Assembly (NCBI RefSeq): GCF_009914755.1
Contig: NC_060930.1
Strand: one strand, 5' to 3'
DNA from: the human T2T-CHM13v2.0 reference genome, Homo sapiens
DNA: 64,000 nucleotides
Part shown: one piece after another, positions 13,270-27,351 of the stretch
Numbering within the stretch: the first letter of the stretch is position 1
How the letters are laid out: each line of letters opens with the position of its first letter
Position numbers and translations under genes: made by a program
The notes under the pieces: model-generated
The model's database searches: none
What the model was told of the DNA's origin: nothing
What the model saw: only the letters and a program-made list of their open reading frames with translations

Positions 13270-14400
13270 CAAGAAATATTGAGCTGGGAAGCTGAGTGAA
13301 GTCACCAGAGGGCTGGATGAGGATAGGCAGGAAAGAGGTACAGGGGTGTGAATTTGAAGTGACACCAATGAGCCCAGGCAGTGTTTTTCTCCATCCACAC
13401 ACAGGTGAGGAATAGGAGGACAGCGGAATGTAAAAGGGTTCAGGCTTTGTCATGCTGGTAAATCAAAATGAAAGAGGAGAATGTTGAAGATATGTGTGAG
13501 GGGGTTATTCTAATGGTTGCCTATGACATTTTAGCTGAATAGAGAAGGAAGTAAGGACATGGGGACAAGTGAGGTCATGAGGAAAGAGAGAGAGAGAGTG
13601 AGTGAGAAGATTGATGAACTTTAGAGCTGATGGAACTGAGGATTGGAAGGGGGATCTTAGAAGAATTTGTATGAAATGTGAGGTGTTGGTCATAGAGCCA
13701 GATGCTGAAAGTCAAGGTCGTGTATTGGTTATTGGTTCTGAGAAGGTCTAGGTCTAATGACCGTGGGAATAAGCGGCTGAGGTAGGTGGAGGACAAGATA
13801 CTTTGAAGAGAGGAGGTCAAGAAACTGAGAGACCAAGAAATTGGATTAATTTCTTACAAGGATATAAAAATCACTAACAAATTTAACAGGAGTCATTTTG
13901 CAGAGTGAGCCAGGAGCTAAAATATTCAAGTAGAGCAAATGTCCTGGGGCCTGGTAGATAACTGCAACAAGATGTTACGGCTTGAAGACTTGAAACTCAA
14001 CAGTGATTATTGTTAAGGAAGAAGGGAGGAAGAATGATCCAGAAAGAGCAATGAGGGACAAGGAAAACTCATACTTCACCTCTGAGTCCAGTGAGGGGAG
14101 GATTATGGGAGAAAAATGGCTACTACTTGGCATCAGAGGAAACAGTTTTCTTAGTGGGAGCCAAGGACAGGATGCAAAGGAAACATTCAGAAAAGAGGTC
14201 AGGGTGTGGCGATTTTTGCCAATGACTGCGATTTCCAGAAGGCACAGCAGAAGGTTTCCCACAGCCTTATGGGAATTACTGTGCAGGAGAGGAAGGGAGC
14301 CCAGGGTTTCATATGGTGGCTGACATTCTCAGGGGTAACAGCCATAATGACATTAGTCCTGAATGCCTTTAGGCAGAAAGTGGTGAGAATTCTTTGAATA
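13270..14400 (-). mobile_element. L2 LINE ORF2 (endonuclease region) remnant
   Basis: Purine-rich + strand; the minus-strand ORF 13575-13820 contains 'RSLDLDLLRTNN', resembling the L2 'HTLDLVITNN' motif. Confidence 0.7.
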
Positions 14401-14638
14401 ATATTAGGCAGATCAGGTGGTGGTCTTGCCAGAAGTGGGCAAAAATTCTGAGGATCTCTTTTGGCCCCTGATAATGAATGCAGTATCATGCTAGAAATCT
14501 CTGTATCGGTATTGTGCACAGCTGAATTGTTACCTACTTGTGTGTGCCTTGATTTTCCAGAAAGACTGTGAGGTCTCCTATCACTGTATCATTGTGTTTT
14601 TTGCATTGTACTTTCTTGCTCTACATGACTATCATACG

Positions 14639-15062
14639 TGTTATGGATTGAACTGTCTCCACTCCCCAAATTCATATGCCTCAATCCTCAGTACCTCACC
14701 ATGTGACCTTATTTGAAGATAGGGTTTTCACCTTACTTGGAGAGAGGATAATCAAGTTAAAGTGAGGTCATGTGGGTGGGCCCTAATCCAACATGACTGG
14801 TATCCTTATGTTTAAAAAAGAAAATTTGGACACAAAGAGACACATACAGGGAGAATGCTACGTGAACATCAAGTTGGCCACCTGCGAGCCAAGCAGAGAG
14901 GCCTGAAACAGCTCCTTCTCTCACAGCCTCTGAGGAAACCAACGCTGTCAACAGCTTGATTTGGGATGTCCAGCCTGTGGAACAATAAGACAATAAATTC
15001 CTGTTGTTTAAGCCATCCAGTTTGTGGTACAGTGTTACAGCAGGCCTAGGAAGTTATTAATA
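14639..15062 (+). mobile_element. MaLR solo LTR MLT1B/C-type
   Basis: 'tgttatggattgaactgt...gtgggccctaatccaacatgactggtatcc...aataaattcctgttgtttaagcc'. Confidence 0.87.
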
Positions 15063-16254
15063 TTACAATAATTCTATATGAGAGAACCAATAATTCTTCT
15101 TGAGAGGAGGAACTAAATTTTATCTGCATTTCCAAGGCCTCACAGCACCGCATATACCTTACTCTCACTCAGATTTAACGACTGTCTCTTGTGTGGATAT
15201 ATTTTTTTATTTGAGTTTTACTTGTTAATTATAAAGCCATTGAAGAAAGAACCAGTGGCAACATCTAAGGAATTAGTTTGCAGTGTTAAATGATCGGAGG
15301 AATCTTGAAAGTTATTTTCAGGAGTTGGATTATGGCTGTGCACCGCGTTTAAAAGCTGGACTCGGTACCATAAACCAAAGTTCAACTACCTGCCTTTAGC
15401 ATTATGCTGACATTAAAACATCCTACTTGCTATTTCTCTCTCATTTGCTCAACTGTTTAGGTGTTTGAGCCCAATTTACACCAACACAGATCTTTCCTTT
15501 GGATCCATTTCATGGGATTTGTATTGACCCCATATGTGACTCCCTGTGTCTTCATACCCAATAAATTGGAGGCATTTTTTTAAAACCTACTTCTACTGAA
15601 AGGTGGTTGAGGGAGACCTGGGTCAAGTACACCTTTGATGTATTACTAATTATATTCTTATAATTTATTGAAAGGTAGAATAACTTGGGGAGCCTTGGCA
15701 ACCTGGATGAATAGAATTGATGATGGAGGGAAAACCTTATTATAAATAGCCTTGGAAGTAGAATATATTTGAATGGGATTAAATATATTTATCAGCAGTA
15801 AGGATGACAGTTCACAGAGTGATTTGCTTGGCTACACAGCTACTGAGTCTGATGAGATCCTTAGCTCACTTGGGTGAATCTCAAAATTCATAGTTTCAAT
15901 GCCCACAAGCAGTAAGATTATCATTAAAAACCAACTTCAGCAAAAAACAAGAAACTAGATTGTCAGCAGAAATGCAAAGTTCTAAATTAAATTTGAGAAA
16001 TTATTATGCAGGATTTGGAACTGTCTGAAGTGTACTTTCAGTTGTTCTCTCTCTCTCTTTCTTTATACATATATATTATACATAAAACTTTTGTTAGAGG
16101 GGGAGAAACCTAAACAGTTTAACAACCTTTTTAAGGCTTTATGCATCACAGGCCTTTCTCATATGTACTATATGTATATAAGGTTACTTATGTAACCTTA
16201 AAACATATCGAAACAATAAAAGTGAATAAGGTGCAGAATGTGAGAGAACTAGTT

Positions 16255-16763
16255 GCTCCACTTCTCTATTGTTGTATAACAAATCATCCCAAAACTAAGT
16301 GGCTATAAACAGGCAATATTAACTCTTATGGATCTGGGGTTGATTGGGCTCAGCTGGGTGGTTTTCACCTGGAGTCTCTCATGCAGCTGCAGTCAGACAG
16401 TGGCTAGGTCTGGAGTCAGTTCAAAAGATTTCCCTCTCACATGTCTGACAATTAACATCAGCTGCAGTCTTAGCTGGGGCTTTCTGTAAAACACCTATAA
16501 ATGGCCTCTGCTTCCTCATCACATAGCACCTGGGATCTGAGAGCAAACTTCTCAAAAGAAACCAGATTGAAGCTCTGTCTTCTTGTATGACCATGCCTGG
16601 GAAGTTGCATCACTTCCTTTGCAGTCACATGCCCGCCCAAATTCAAAGGGAACATAATGCCACCTCTCACAATGTAGTGGCTACATTCCTCCCTTGAAAG
16701 ACCTTCTTATGGCCAGGATGAAAGACCTTCTTGTGGCCATCTTGGAAGATAGAATCTGCTACA
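16255..16763 (-). mobile_element. MLT1 (MLT1H-like) 3' LTR of a disrupted MaLR provirus
   Basis: 'attgttgtataacaaatcatcccaaaactaagtggc...gccatcttggaagatagaatctgctaca'. Confidence 0.75.
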
Positions 16764-18137
16764 GCCTTCTCTCTGGCCAAGATAATTCACTTCCTCCACA
16801 TATAAAACATACTCATTCCCTTCCCTCAGGCTCCCAAGACTCAACCCATTATGGCACCAGGTCTAGGAATCATCATCTAAATCATATCTGCACGCTAATT
16901 AGGATCCTTGGGTGTGCCTCCTTGGGTACGGCCCCTTAAGTACCATTCCTCCCTATCTGAAAACCTGTAAACTAGAATAAGAGAAATATGGCTCTGTCCT
17001 GCCCGGCCCACAGGCAGCCAGACCTATTGGTTATCTCCCTTGTTCCCTGAAAATCACTGTTATCCTGTTCTTAAGGTGCCCAGATTTCATATTGTTCAAA
17101 CATACATGCTCTACAAACAATGTGTGCAGTTAACGCAATCATCACAGGGTCCTGAGGTGACACACATCCTCAGCTTATGAAGGTGGTGGGATTAAGGGAT
17201 TAAAGTAAAGACAGGCATAGGAAATCACAAGAGTATTGATTGGGGAAGTGATAAATGTCCATGAAATCTTTATAATTTATTTTCAGAGATTGCAGTAAAG
17301 ACAGGTGTAAGAAATTATAAAAGTGTTAATTTGGGGAACTAATAAATGTCCATTTTTTATGTCCACATAAATCTTCACAATTTATGTTCTTCTGCCATGG
17401 CTTCAGCCGGTCCCTCCATTCATGGTCCCTGACTTCCCGCAACAAACTAGAGAGTCAAATTGTCTTCCCTCCTCCCTCCCAGTTCACCCAACATGCAATA
17501 GTGAGACAAACTAAGATCACCACTTTGTTTACTCTCATTCAAAAAAGTGGAGAACTGGAGGCAAACAGCAAGTCACTGTTGCATAGCAATTCTGAAATCC
17601 TGCTGAGCACATATTGCCAGTTCCCTGAGTCAGGCTCAGTCCTACTGTCTTGTTCTTCACTGTGACTCTTATCTCTTAGTACTGCTTCTAAGTCATACTT
17701 GCTTTCCCAAAAGAAAACTGAATTGGAATTGACTAGCTTTCTCATCCTGCTTTCTGTCCATAAAAGATTTGGGCCCAAAAGCTTCTTTTCATTTTGTAAG
17801 TCTCTGTCCCTTTTAATGCAAGTTGATGAGGCTTCTGGCAAAAGAATTTTCTCCAAAACTTTGTATTTTGTGTATGCATTTATGATCCACTCTATTAGAA
17901 AGGGTCATATCTACAAATCTCTTGGAGATAAATCCTTCTCCATCTAGAGATCCTGGTGAGACTCCTGTGGGACAGCGTCCTTAATATGCTGGAGGGGAGA
18001 GGGGTTTGTCTGTTCAAAAAGCACAGCCTTAGATCTTCTTAAGATCGTAACAAAGCATGCTACAGTCACACCTGTGGCTTCATCCTTAGACCACATTTTC
18101 CTGACACTTTTTACCACTTTCACCCTGGATTTGATCT
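16764..18137 (-). mobile_element. MLT1 internal region (left part, interrupted by MER11)
   Basis: Directly adjacent to the LTR; 'ccctggatttgatct' resumes at 27352. Confidence 0.65.
16976..17444 (-). mobile_element. MER11 (HERV-K11/HML-8 LTR), 5' half only
   Basis: Ends '...ccatggcttcagccggtccctcc...ccctgacttcccgcaaca', the reverse of the MER11 start; flanked by AACTAG at 16970-16975 and 17445-17450. Confidence 0.87.
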
Positions 18138-18478
18138 GTGTGTGTGTGTGTCACCACCCAAATCTCATGTTGAATTGTAATCCCCATATGTTGAAGGATG
18201 GGCAGGGTGGGAGGTGATTGGATCATAGGGCAGTTTCTCATGGCTTAACACCATCCCCCTAGTGATGACTCGTGAGTTAGTTCTTGCCAGATCTGGTTGT
18301 TTGAAAGTGTTTCAGCACTTTCTCCTTCACTCTGTCTCTCCTGCCACCATGGAAGATGTGCGTCGTTTCCCCTTCCACCATGATTGTAAGTTTCCTGAGG
18401 CCTCTCCAGCCATGTGGAATGGTGATTCAATTAAACCTCTTTTCCTTAAAAATTACCTAGTCTCAGGTAGTTCTTTTT
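18138..18478 (+). mobile_element. MST LTR (MSTB-like), both termini eroded
   Basis: 'cacccaaatctcatgttgaattgtaatcccc...attaaacctctttt...tctcaggtagttcttt'. Confidence 0.85.
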
Positions 18479-20027
18479 TTTAAATTTAGTGAAGTCTTCT
18501 GATAGCAGGATTTGATTTTTTTCATCATAATTTATTTTAAGTTTCGGGACACATGTGGAGGACATGTAGGTTTGTTACTTAGGTAAATGTGTGCTATGGT
18601 GGTGCACAGATCAACCCATCACCTAAGTATTAAGCCCAGCATCCATTAGCTATTCTTCCTGATGCTTGCCCTCCCCAACCCCCACAACAAGCCCCAGTGT
18701 GTGTTGTTCCCCCTGATGTGTCCATGTGTTCTCACTGTTCAATTCCAACTTATAAGTGAGAACATGCAGTGTTTGGTTTTCTGTTCCTGTGTTAGTTTGC
18801 TGAGGATAATGGCTTCCAACTCCATCTATGTCCCTGCAAAGACATGATCTCATTCTTTTTTATGGCTGCATAGTATTTCATGGTGTATAGGTACCACATT
18901 TTCTTTATCAAGTCTATCATGGATGGGCATTTGGGTTGATATTTTGTCTTTGATATTGTGAATACTGCTGCAATGAACATACACAAGTATCTTTGTAATA
19001 GAATGTATCTTTGTAATAGAATGATTTTCATTCCTTTGGGTATATACCCAGTAATGGGATTGCTGGGTCAAATGGTATTTCTGCCTCTAGATTTTTGAGG
19101 AATCACCACACTGTCTTCCACAATGGTTGAACTAATTTACATTCCTACCAACAGTGTAAAAGTATTTCTTTTTCTCTGCAAACCCATCAGCATCTGCTGT
19201 TTCTTGACTTTTTAATAATAGCATTCTGATTGGTGTGAGAAAGTATCTCATTGTGGTTTTGATTTGCATTTCTCTAATGATCAGTGATGTTGAGCTTTTT
19301 TCATGTTTGTTGCCCACATGTATGTCTTCTTTTGAGAAGTGTCCATTCATGTCCTTTGCCCACTTTTTAATGTGGTTAGTTTTTCTTCTTGTAAATTTGT
19401 TTAAGTTCCTTGTAGATTCTGAATATTAGACCTTTGTCAGAAGTGTAGAATGCAGAAATTTTCCCCCATTCTGTAGGTTGTCTGTTCACTCTGATGATAG
19501 TTTCTTTTGCTGTGCAGAAGCTCTTTAATTAGATCCTATTTATCAATGTTTTCTTTTGTTGCAATTGCTTTTGGTGTTTTCGTCATGAAATCTTTGCCTG
19601 TGCCTATGTCCCAAGTGGTATTGCCTAGATTTTCTTCTAGGGTTTTTATTGTTTTGGGTTTTACATTTAAGTCTTTAATCCATCTTGAGTTAGTTTTTGT
19701 ATAAGGTGTAAGGAAGGGTCCAGTCTCAATTTTCTCCCATTTCTTCCAGCACCATTTATTAAATAGGGAATCCATTCCCCTTTGCTTGTTTTTGTCAGGT
19801 TTGTCAAAGATCACATGGTTGTAGGTATGCAGACTTACTTCTGAGTTATCTATTCTGTTTCATCAGTCTCTGTGTCTGTTTTTGCACCAGTACCATGCTG
19901 TTTTGGTTATTGTAGCCTTGTAGTTGGGTAGCATGATGCCTCCAGCTTTGTGCTTTTTGCTTAGGATTATTTTTGCTCTTCAGGCTCTTTTTTGGTTCCA
20001 TATGAATTTTAACATAGTTTTTTCTCA

Positions 20028-20147
<120 letters not shown>

Positions 20148-21132
20148 TCATTTGTTTGTGTCCTCTCTGATTTCCTTGAGCAGTGGTTTACAGTTTTCTT
20201 TGAATAGAACCTCCACTTCTTTTGTTAACTGTATTCCTAGGTATTTTATTCTCTATAGCAATTGTGAATGGGAGTTCATGATTTGGCTGTCTGCATGCCT
20301 ATTGTTTGTGTATAGGAATGCTAACAATTTTTGCACATTGATTTTATATTCTGAGACTTTGCTGAAGTTGCTTATCAGCTTAAGAAGCTTTGGGGCTGAG
20401 ATGATGGGGTTCTAGATACAGGAACATATCATCTGAAAACAGAGACAATTTGATTTTCTCTCTTCCTATTTGAATACCTTTTATTTCAATCTCTTGCCTG
20501 ATTGTCCTGTCCAATACCATGTTGAACAGGAGTTTTGAGAGAGGGCATCCTTGTCTTGTGTGGGTTTTCAAGGGAAATCCTTCCAGCTTTTGCCATTCAG
20601 TATGGTATTGGCTATGTGTTTGTCATATATGGCTCTTATTATTTTGAAATATATTCCTTCAATACTTAGCTTATTGAGAGTTTTTAACATGAAGGGATGT
20701 TGAATTTTATCAAAGCCTTTTTCTGCATCTATTGAGATAATCATGTGTTTTTTGTCTTTAGTTCTGATGAATTACATTTATTTATTTGTGTATGTTGAAC
20801 CAACCTTGAATCCCAGGGATGAAGCCAACTTGATCGTGGTGGATTAGCTTTTTAATGTGCTGGTGGATTCGGTTTGCCAGTATTTTATTGAGGATTTTCG
20901 CATTGATGTTCATCAGGGATATTGGACTGAAGTTTTTTGTTGTTGTATCTCTGCCAGGTTTTGGTATCAGCATGATGCTAGCCTCATAAAATGAGTTGGG
21001 GAGGAGTCCCTCCTTTTCCATTGTTTGAAATAGTTTCAGTAGAAATGGTACCAGCCCCTTTTTGTACCTTGGGTAGAAGTCAGCTGTAAATCCATCCGAT
21101 CCTGGGCTTTTGTTGTTGTTGTTGTTGGTAGG

Positions 21133-23292
21133 TGTATTAGTTCATTCTCATGCTACTATGAAGAAATACTTGAGACTGGGTAATTTATAAAGGAAAGAGG
21201 TTTAATTGACTCACAGTTCTGCATGGCTGGGGAGGCCTCAGAAAACTTATAACCATGGCAGAAGGCACCTCTTCACAGGGTGGCAGGGGAGAGAATGAGA
21301 GCTGAGTGAAAGGGGAATCCCCTTATAAAGCTATAAGATCTTGTGAGAACTTACTTACTATCACAAGAATAGCATGGGCCAAACCACCTCAATGATTCAA
21401 TTACCTCTCACTGGGGATTATGGGAGCTACAATTCAAGATGAGATTTGGGTGGGGACACACCCAAACCATATCATTCTGCCCCTGGCCCCTCCCAAGTCT
21501 CATGTCCTCACATTGCAAAACACAATCATGCCCTTCCAAGAGTCCCTTAAAGTCTTAACTCATTCCATCATTAACTCAAAAGTCCAAATCGAAAGTCACC
21601 TCTGCAACAAGGCAAGTCCCTTCTGCCCATGAGCCTGAAAAAAGCAAGTCGGTTACTTCCTAAATAAAATGGGGGTACAGCCATTGAGTAAATATACCTG
21701 TTCCAAGTGGGAGAAATTGGCCAAAACTTGCATGTGGCCTGTAGCAGGCCACCCCTGTGGCTTTGCAGCCCCCCTCCTGGCTGCTTTCACAGGCTGGTGT
21801 TGAGTGTCTGTGGCTTTTCCAGGTGCATGGTGCAAGCTGTTGGTGGATCTACCATTCTGGGGTCTGGAGGACAGTGGCCTTCTTCTCATAGCTCCATTAG
21901 GCAGTGCCCCGTTGGGGACTCTGTGTGGGGGCTCCAACCCCACATTTCCCTTTCACATTGCCCTTGCAGAGGTTCTCCATGAGGGCTACACCCCTACAGC
22001 AAACTTCTGCCTGGACATCTAGGAGTTTCCATAGATCCTTTGAAATCTAGGCAGGGGTTCCCACACCTCAATTCTTGACTTCTGTGCACCTTCAGGCCCA
22101 ACACCACATGGAAGCTGCCAAGGCTTGGGGCCTTCACACTCTGAAACAACAACCTGAGCTGTATGTTGGCCACTTTTAGCCATGGCTGGAGTGGCTGGAA
22201 TGCAGGGCACCAAGTCCTAAGGCTGCACACAGCAGGGGTGGCCCTGGACCTGGCCCAGGAAACCATTTTTCCCTCTTCTGCCTTCTGGGAGGCCTAAGAT
22301 GGGAGGGACTGCCATGAAGGTCTCTGACATGCCCTGGAGACATTTTCCCCATTGTCTTGGTGATTAACATTTGGTTCCTTGTTTCTTAGGCAAATTTCCG
22401 CAACCAGCTTGAATTTCTCCCCAGAAAGTAGGGTTTTCTTTTCTGTTCTATCCTCAGGCTGCAAATTTTCAAAACTTTTATACTCTGCTTCCCCTTGAAC
22501 GCTTTGCTGCTTAGAAATTTCTTCTGCCATATATCCTAAATCATTTCTCTCAAGATCAAAGTTCCACAGATCTCTGGGGCAGGGGGAAAATGCCACCACT
22601 CTCGTTGCATAGCAAGAGTGACCTTTATTTCAGTTCCCAACAAGTTCCCCACCTCCATCTGAGACCATCACAGCCTGGACTCATTGTCCATATCACTATC
22701 AGCATTTTGGTCAAAGCCATTCAACAAGTCTCTAGGAAATTCCAAACTTTCCTACATTTTCCTGTCTTCTGAGCCCTCCAAGTCTCTAGGGAGTTCCAAA
22801 CATTCTCACATGTTTCTGTCTTCTTCTGAGCCCTCCATGCTGTTCCAACCTCTGCCTGTTACCCAGTTCCAAAGTTGCTACCACATTTTTGGATATCTTT
22901 ATAGCAGCACCCCACTCTCTGCAGTACCAACTTACTGTATTAATCTGTTCTCATGCTGCTATGAAGAAATACCTGAGAATGGGCAATTTATAAGGAAAAG
23001 AAGTTTAATTAACTCACAGTTCTGCGTGGCTGGGGAGACCTCAGGAAACTTACAATCATGGCAGAAGGCACCTCTTCACAGGGTGGCAGGGGAGAGAATG
23101 AGAGCCGAGCGAAGGGAAAAGCCCCTTATAAACCATCAGATCTTGTGAGAACTTACTATCACAAGAATAGCATGGGGGAAACTGCTCCCATGATTCAATT
23201 ACCTCCCACCGAGTCCTTCCCACTACACGTGGGGATTATGGGAACTATAAGTCAAGATGAGATTTGGGTGGGGACACAGCCCAACCATATCA
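21133..23292 (-). mobile_element. Full-length THE1 (C/D-type) MaLR provirus: LTR 21133-21474, internal 21475-22935, LTR 22936-23292
   Basis: Two homologous LTRs with TG...CA ends, THE1-int sequence between them, 5-bp TSD GTAGG at 21128-21132 and 23293-23297, inside L1 ORF2. Confidence 0.95.
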
Positions 23293-23455
23293 GTAGGCTA
23301 TTTATTACTACCTCAGTTTCAGAACTCATTATTGGTCTATTTAGGGGCTCAATTTCTTCCTGGTTCAGTCTTGGAAGTGTGTATGCATCCAGGAATTTAT
23401 CCATTTCTTCTAGATTTTCTAGTTCTTGTGCATAGAAGTGTTTATAATATTCTCA

Positions 23456-23638
<183 letters not shown>

Positions 23639-23805
23639 CTATCTCCTTCAGTTCTACTCGGATCTTGGTTATTTCATATTTTCTCATAGCTTTGGGGTTT
23701 GTTTGCTCTTGTTTCTCTAGTTCTTTTAGTTGTGATGTTAGGTTGTCAATTTGAGATCTTTCTATCTTTTTGATATGGGCATTTAGTGCTACAAATGTCC
23801 CTCTT

Positions 23806-24114
23806 TTTTTTTTTTTTTTTTTTTTTTTTGAGACAGAGTTTTGCTCTTGTTGCCCAGGCTGGAGTGCCGTGGCACGATCTCGGCTCACTGCAACCTCCAC
23901 CTTCTGGTTTTAAGTGATTCTCCTGACTCAGCCTCCTGAGTAGCTGGGATTACAGGTGCCCGCCACCATGCCTGGCTAATTTTTGTATTTTTTTTTAGTA
24001 GAGATGGGGTTTCACCATGTTGGTCAGGCTGGTCTCCAACTCCTGACCTCATGATCTGCCCACCTCAGCCTCCCAAAGTGCTGGGATTACAGGCATGAGC
24101 CACTGCACCTGGCT
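23806..24114 (-). mobile_element. AluS (Sq/Sx-like) inserted in L1 ORF2
   Basis: Poly(T), 'gagacagagttttgctcttgttgcccagg', full dimer; degenerate TSD aatNtcNctctt. Confidence 0.95.
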
Positions 24115-27100
24115 GAATATCTCTCTTAAAACTGCTTTAGCTGTGTCCCAGGGATTCTGGCATGTTGTCTCTTTATTCTCATGATTTTCAAATAACTTCT
24201 TGATTTCTGCCTTAATTTCATTATTTACCCAAGAGTCATTCAGGAGCAGGTTGTTCAATTTCCATGTAGTTGTGTGGTTTTCAGTAAGTTTCTCAATCTT
24301 GAGTTCTAATTTGATTGTACTGTGATCTGAGAGACTGTTTGTTATCATTTCAGTTCTTTTGCACTTGCTGAGGAGTGTTTTACTTTCAATTATGTTATCA
24401 ATTTTAGAGTAAGTGCCATTTGGTGATGAGAAGAATGTATATTCTGCTGTTCGGGGGTGGAGAGTTCTGTAGATATCTATCAGGTCTACTTGATCCAGAG
24501 CTGCATTTAGGTACTGAATATCTTTGTTAATGTTCTATCTCAATGATCTGTCTAATATTGCCATTGGGGTGTTAAAGTCCCCCACTGTTGTTGTGTGGGA
24601 GTCTAAATCTCTTTGTAGGTCTTTAAGAACTTGCTTTATGAATCTGGGTGCTCCTGTATTGGGTGTATATATATATTTAGGATAGTTAGCTCCTGTGGAT
24701 GAATTGAACCCTTTACCATTATGTAATGCCCTTCTTTGTCTTTTTTTTATCTTTGTTGATTTAAAGTCTGTTTTGTCAGAAACTAGGATTCCAACTCCTG
24801 CTTTTTTCTGTTTTTTATTGGCTTGGTAAATTTTCCTCCATCCCTTTATTTTGAGACCATGGGTGTCTTTGCACATGAGATGTTTCTCTTGAAGACGGCA
24901 CACCAGTGGAGCTTGACTCTTTATCCACTTGCCATTCTGTGTCTTTTAATTGCGGCATTTAGCCCATTTGCATTTAAGATTAATATTGTTACGTGTGAAT
25001 TTGATCCTGTCATCATGATGTTAGCTTGTTATTTTGCAGACTTGTTTATGTACTTGCTTCAAGGTGTCACTGGTCTGTGTACTTCAGTGTTATTTTTTAG
25101 TGGCTGGTAACGGTTTTTTTCTTTCCATATTTAGTGCTTCCTTCAGGAGCTCTTGCGAGGCAGGCCTGGTGGTGAAGAATTCCTTCAGCATTTGCTTGTC
25201 CGAAAACGATCTTATTTCTCCTTTGCTTATGAAGCTTAGTTTGGCAGGATATGAAATTCTTGGTTGGAAATTCTTTTCTTTAAGAATGTTGAATATTGGC
25301 TGCCAATCTCTTCCGACTTGTAGGGTTTCCACTGAGAGGTCTGCTCTTTGTCTGATGGGCTTCCCTTTGTAGATGACCTGGCCCTTCTCTCTGGCCTTAA
25401 CATTTTTTCTTTCATTTCAACCTTGGAGAATCTGATGATTATACGTCTTGAAGTTGATCTTCTCATGGAGTTATCTGGATTTCCTGAATTTGAATGTTTT
25501 CCTGTCTCACTAGGTTGGGGAATTTCTCCTGGATGATATCCTGAAGTTTGTTTTCAGACTTGGTTCCATTCTCCTCATCTCTTCCAGGCACCCCAATCAG
25601 TTGTAGGTTTGGTTTTTTTTTATATAATCTCATATTTCTCACAGGTTTTGTTCATTCCTTTTCATTTTTTCCCCTCTATTCTTGTCACCCTGTATTATTT
25701 CAAAAAGATAGCCATCAAGCTCTGAGATTTGTTTCTCTGTTTGGTCTGTTTAGCTATTGATACTTGTAAGTGCATTGTGAAGTTCTCATGTTCTGTTTTT
25801 CAGCTCCATCAGGTCATTTATGTTCCTCTATAAACTGGCTATTCTGGTTATCAGCTCCTGTAATATTTTAGCTCCTGTAATATTTTATCATGATTCTTAG
25901 CTTCTTTGCATTGGGCTAGAACATATTCCTTTAGCTCAGTGAATTTTTTGATTACCCACCTTCTGAAGCTACTTCTGTCAATTTATCCATCTCAGCCTCA
26001 GCCCAGTTCTCTGCCTTTGCTGGAGAGATGTTGCAATCATTTGGAGGACAAGAGGCTCTCTGGCTTTTTCAGTTTTCAGCCATTTTTTCATTGATTCTTT
26101 CTCATCTTTGTGGGCTTATCTACCTCTGATCTTTGAGGTTGCTGACCTCTGAATGGGGTTTTTGCGAGGTCTTTTTTGTTGCTGTCGTTGTTGTTGTTGC
26201 TTTCTGTTTGTTTTTCTTTTAACGTCAGACCCCCCATCTGCAGAGATGCTGCAGTTTGCTGGGGATCTACTCCAGACCCTAGTCACTTCAGATCCTCCCA
26301 CACCTGGAGGTATCACCAGTGAAGGCTGCAAAACAGCCTGCTCCTTCCTCTGGGAGCTCCATCCCAGGGCACATTTGCCAACCCAAATGCTCCTGTAGGA
26401 GGTGTCTGGAGACTTCTTTTGGGAGGTCTCACCCAGTCGGGAGGAACAGGATCAGGGACTCGCTTAAAGAAGCAATCTGACTGCCCCTTGGCAGAGCGGG
26501 TGTGCTGCACTGGGGGAAACCCCCCTCGTCCAGACCACTTAGACTTTTCGAAGCCAGCAGTCTGAACTGCAGATACAGTGGCTGCCCCTCCCCCAGTGGC
26601 TCCATCCCAGGGAGAGAACAGAGTTCTGTCCATAAAACCCTGGCTGGAGTTGCTGAAACTCCCATAGGGAGGCCTTGCCAGATTAGGAGGGATAGATCAG
26701 GGTCCCATTTAAAGATGCAGTCTGACCATGATCTGCCATAGCAGCTATGCTGTGCTGTGGGGAATTCCCCCCAGTCCAGACCACCCAGACTCCCCTGAGC
26801 TGGCAGGCCAAAATGTCAGACTCCAGCCACGGAAATGGTGGCTGCCCTTCCCTCCAGGAACTTAGTCATCTCAGGCAGTCTCCAGTCAGCTGCCGCTGGC
26901 CGGGCTGGAATTCCAAGTCAGTAGATCTTATCTTGTGAGCTGCCGTGTGAGTGCAGCCTGCAGAACACCACTTGGCTCCCGGGCTTCAGTCTCCTTCTTA
27001 CGGGGATGCACAGATGATCTCCTGTCTCACCAGAATTCCCGGGGCCAGAGTACACAAAAAACTCCTGGGTCTCTGTGCATGCCTGAGTGGCTGCAAAGAG

Positions 27101-27351
27101 TCCACAAAGCTCTGTGCTTTGGACCCAAGGCCCTCGTGGTGTGGGCTTACAAGGGGATCTCCTGATCCATGGGTTGCAAAGATCCACGGGAAAAGCATGG
27201 TTTCCTGGGTGGGGTCCCACAATCACTCACAGCCTTCCTTGGCTGGGGTTGGGGCTCCCCTGCTTCCACACTACTCAGGAGTGGGCTGTCGCCCCAACCT
27301 CCCTTTCCTCGCTCTCCATGGGTGGTGCCAACTGCCCAGTCAGTCCCAACC

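Noticed and set aside
22725-22835. Repeated 'aagtctctagg...ttccaaac...tcttctgagccctcca' unit
   Set aside because: Lies within THE1-int and is likely an element-intrinsic or simple tandem repeat
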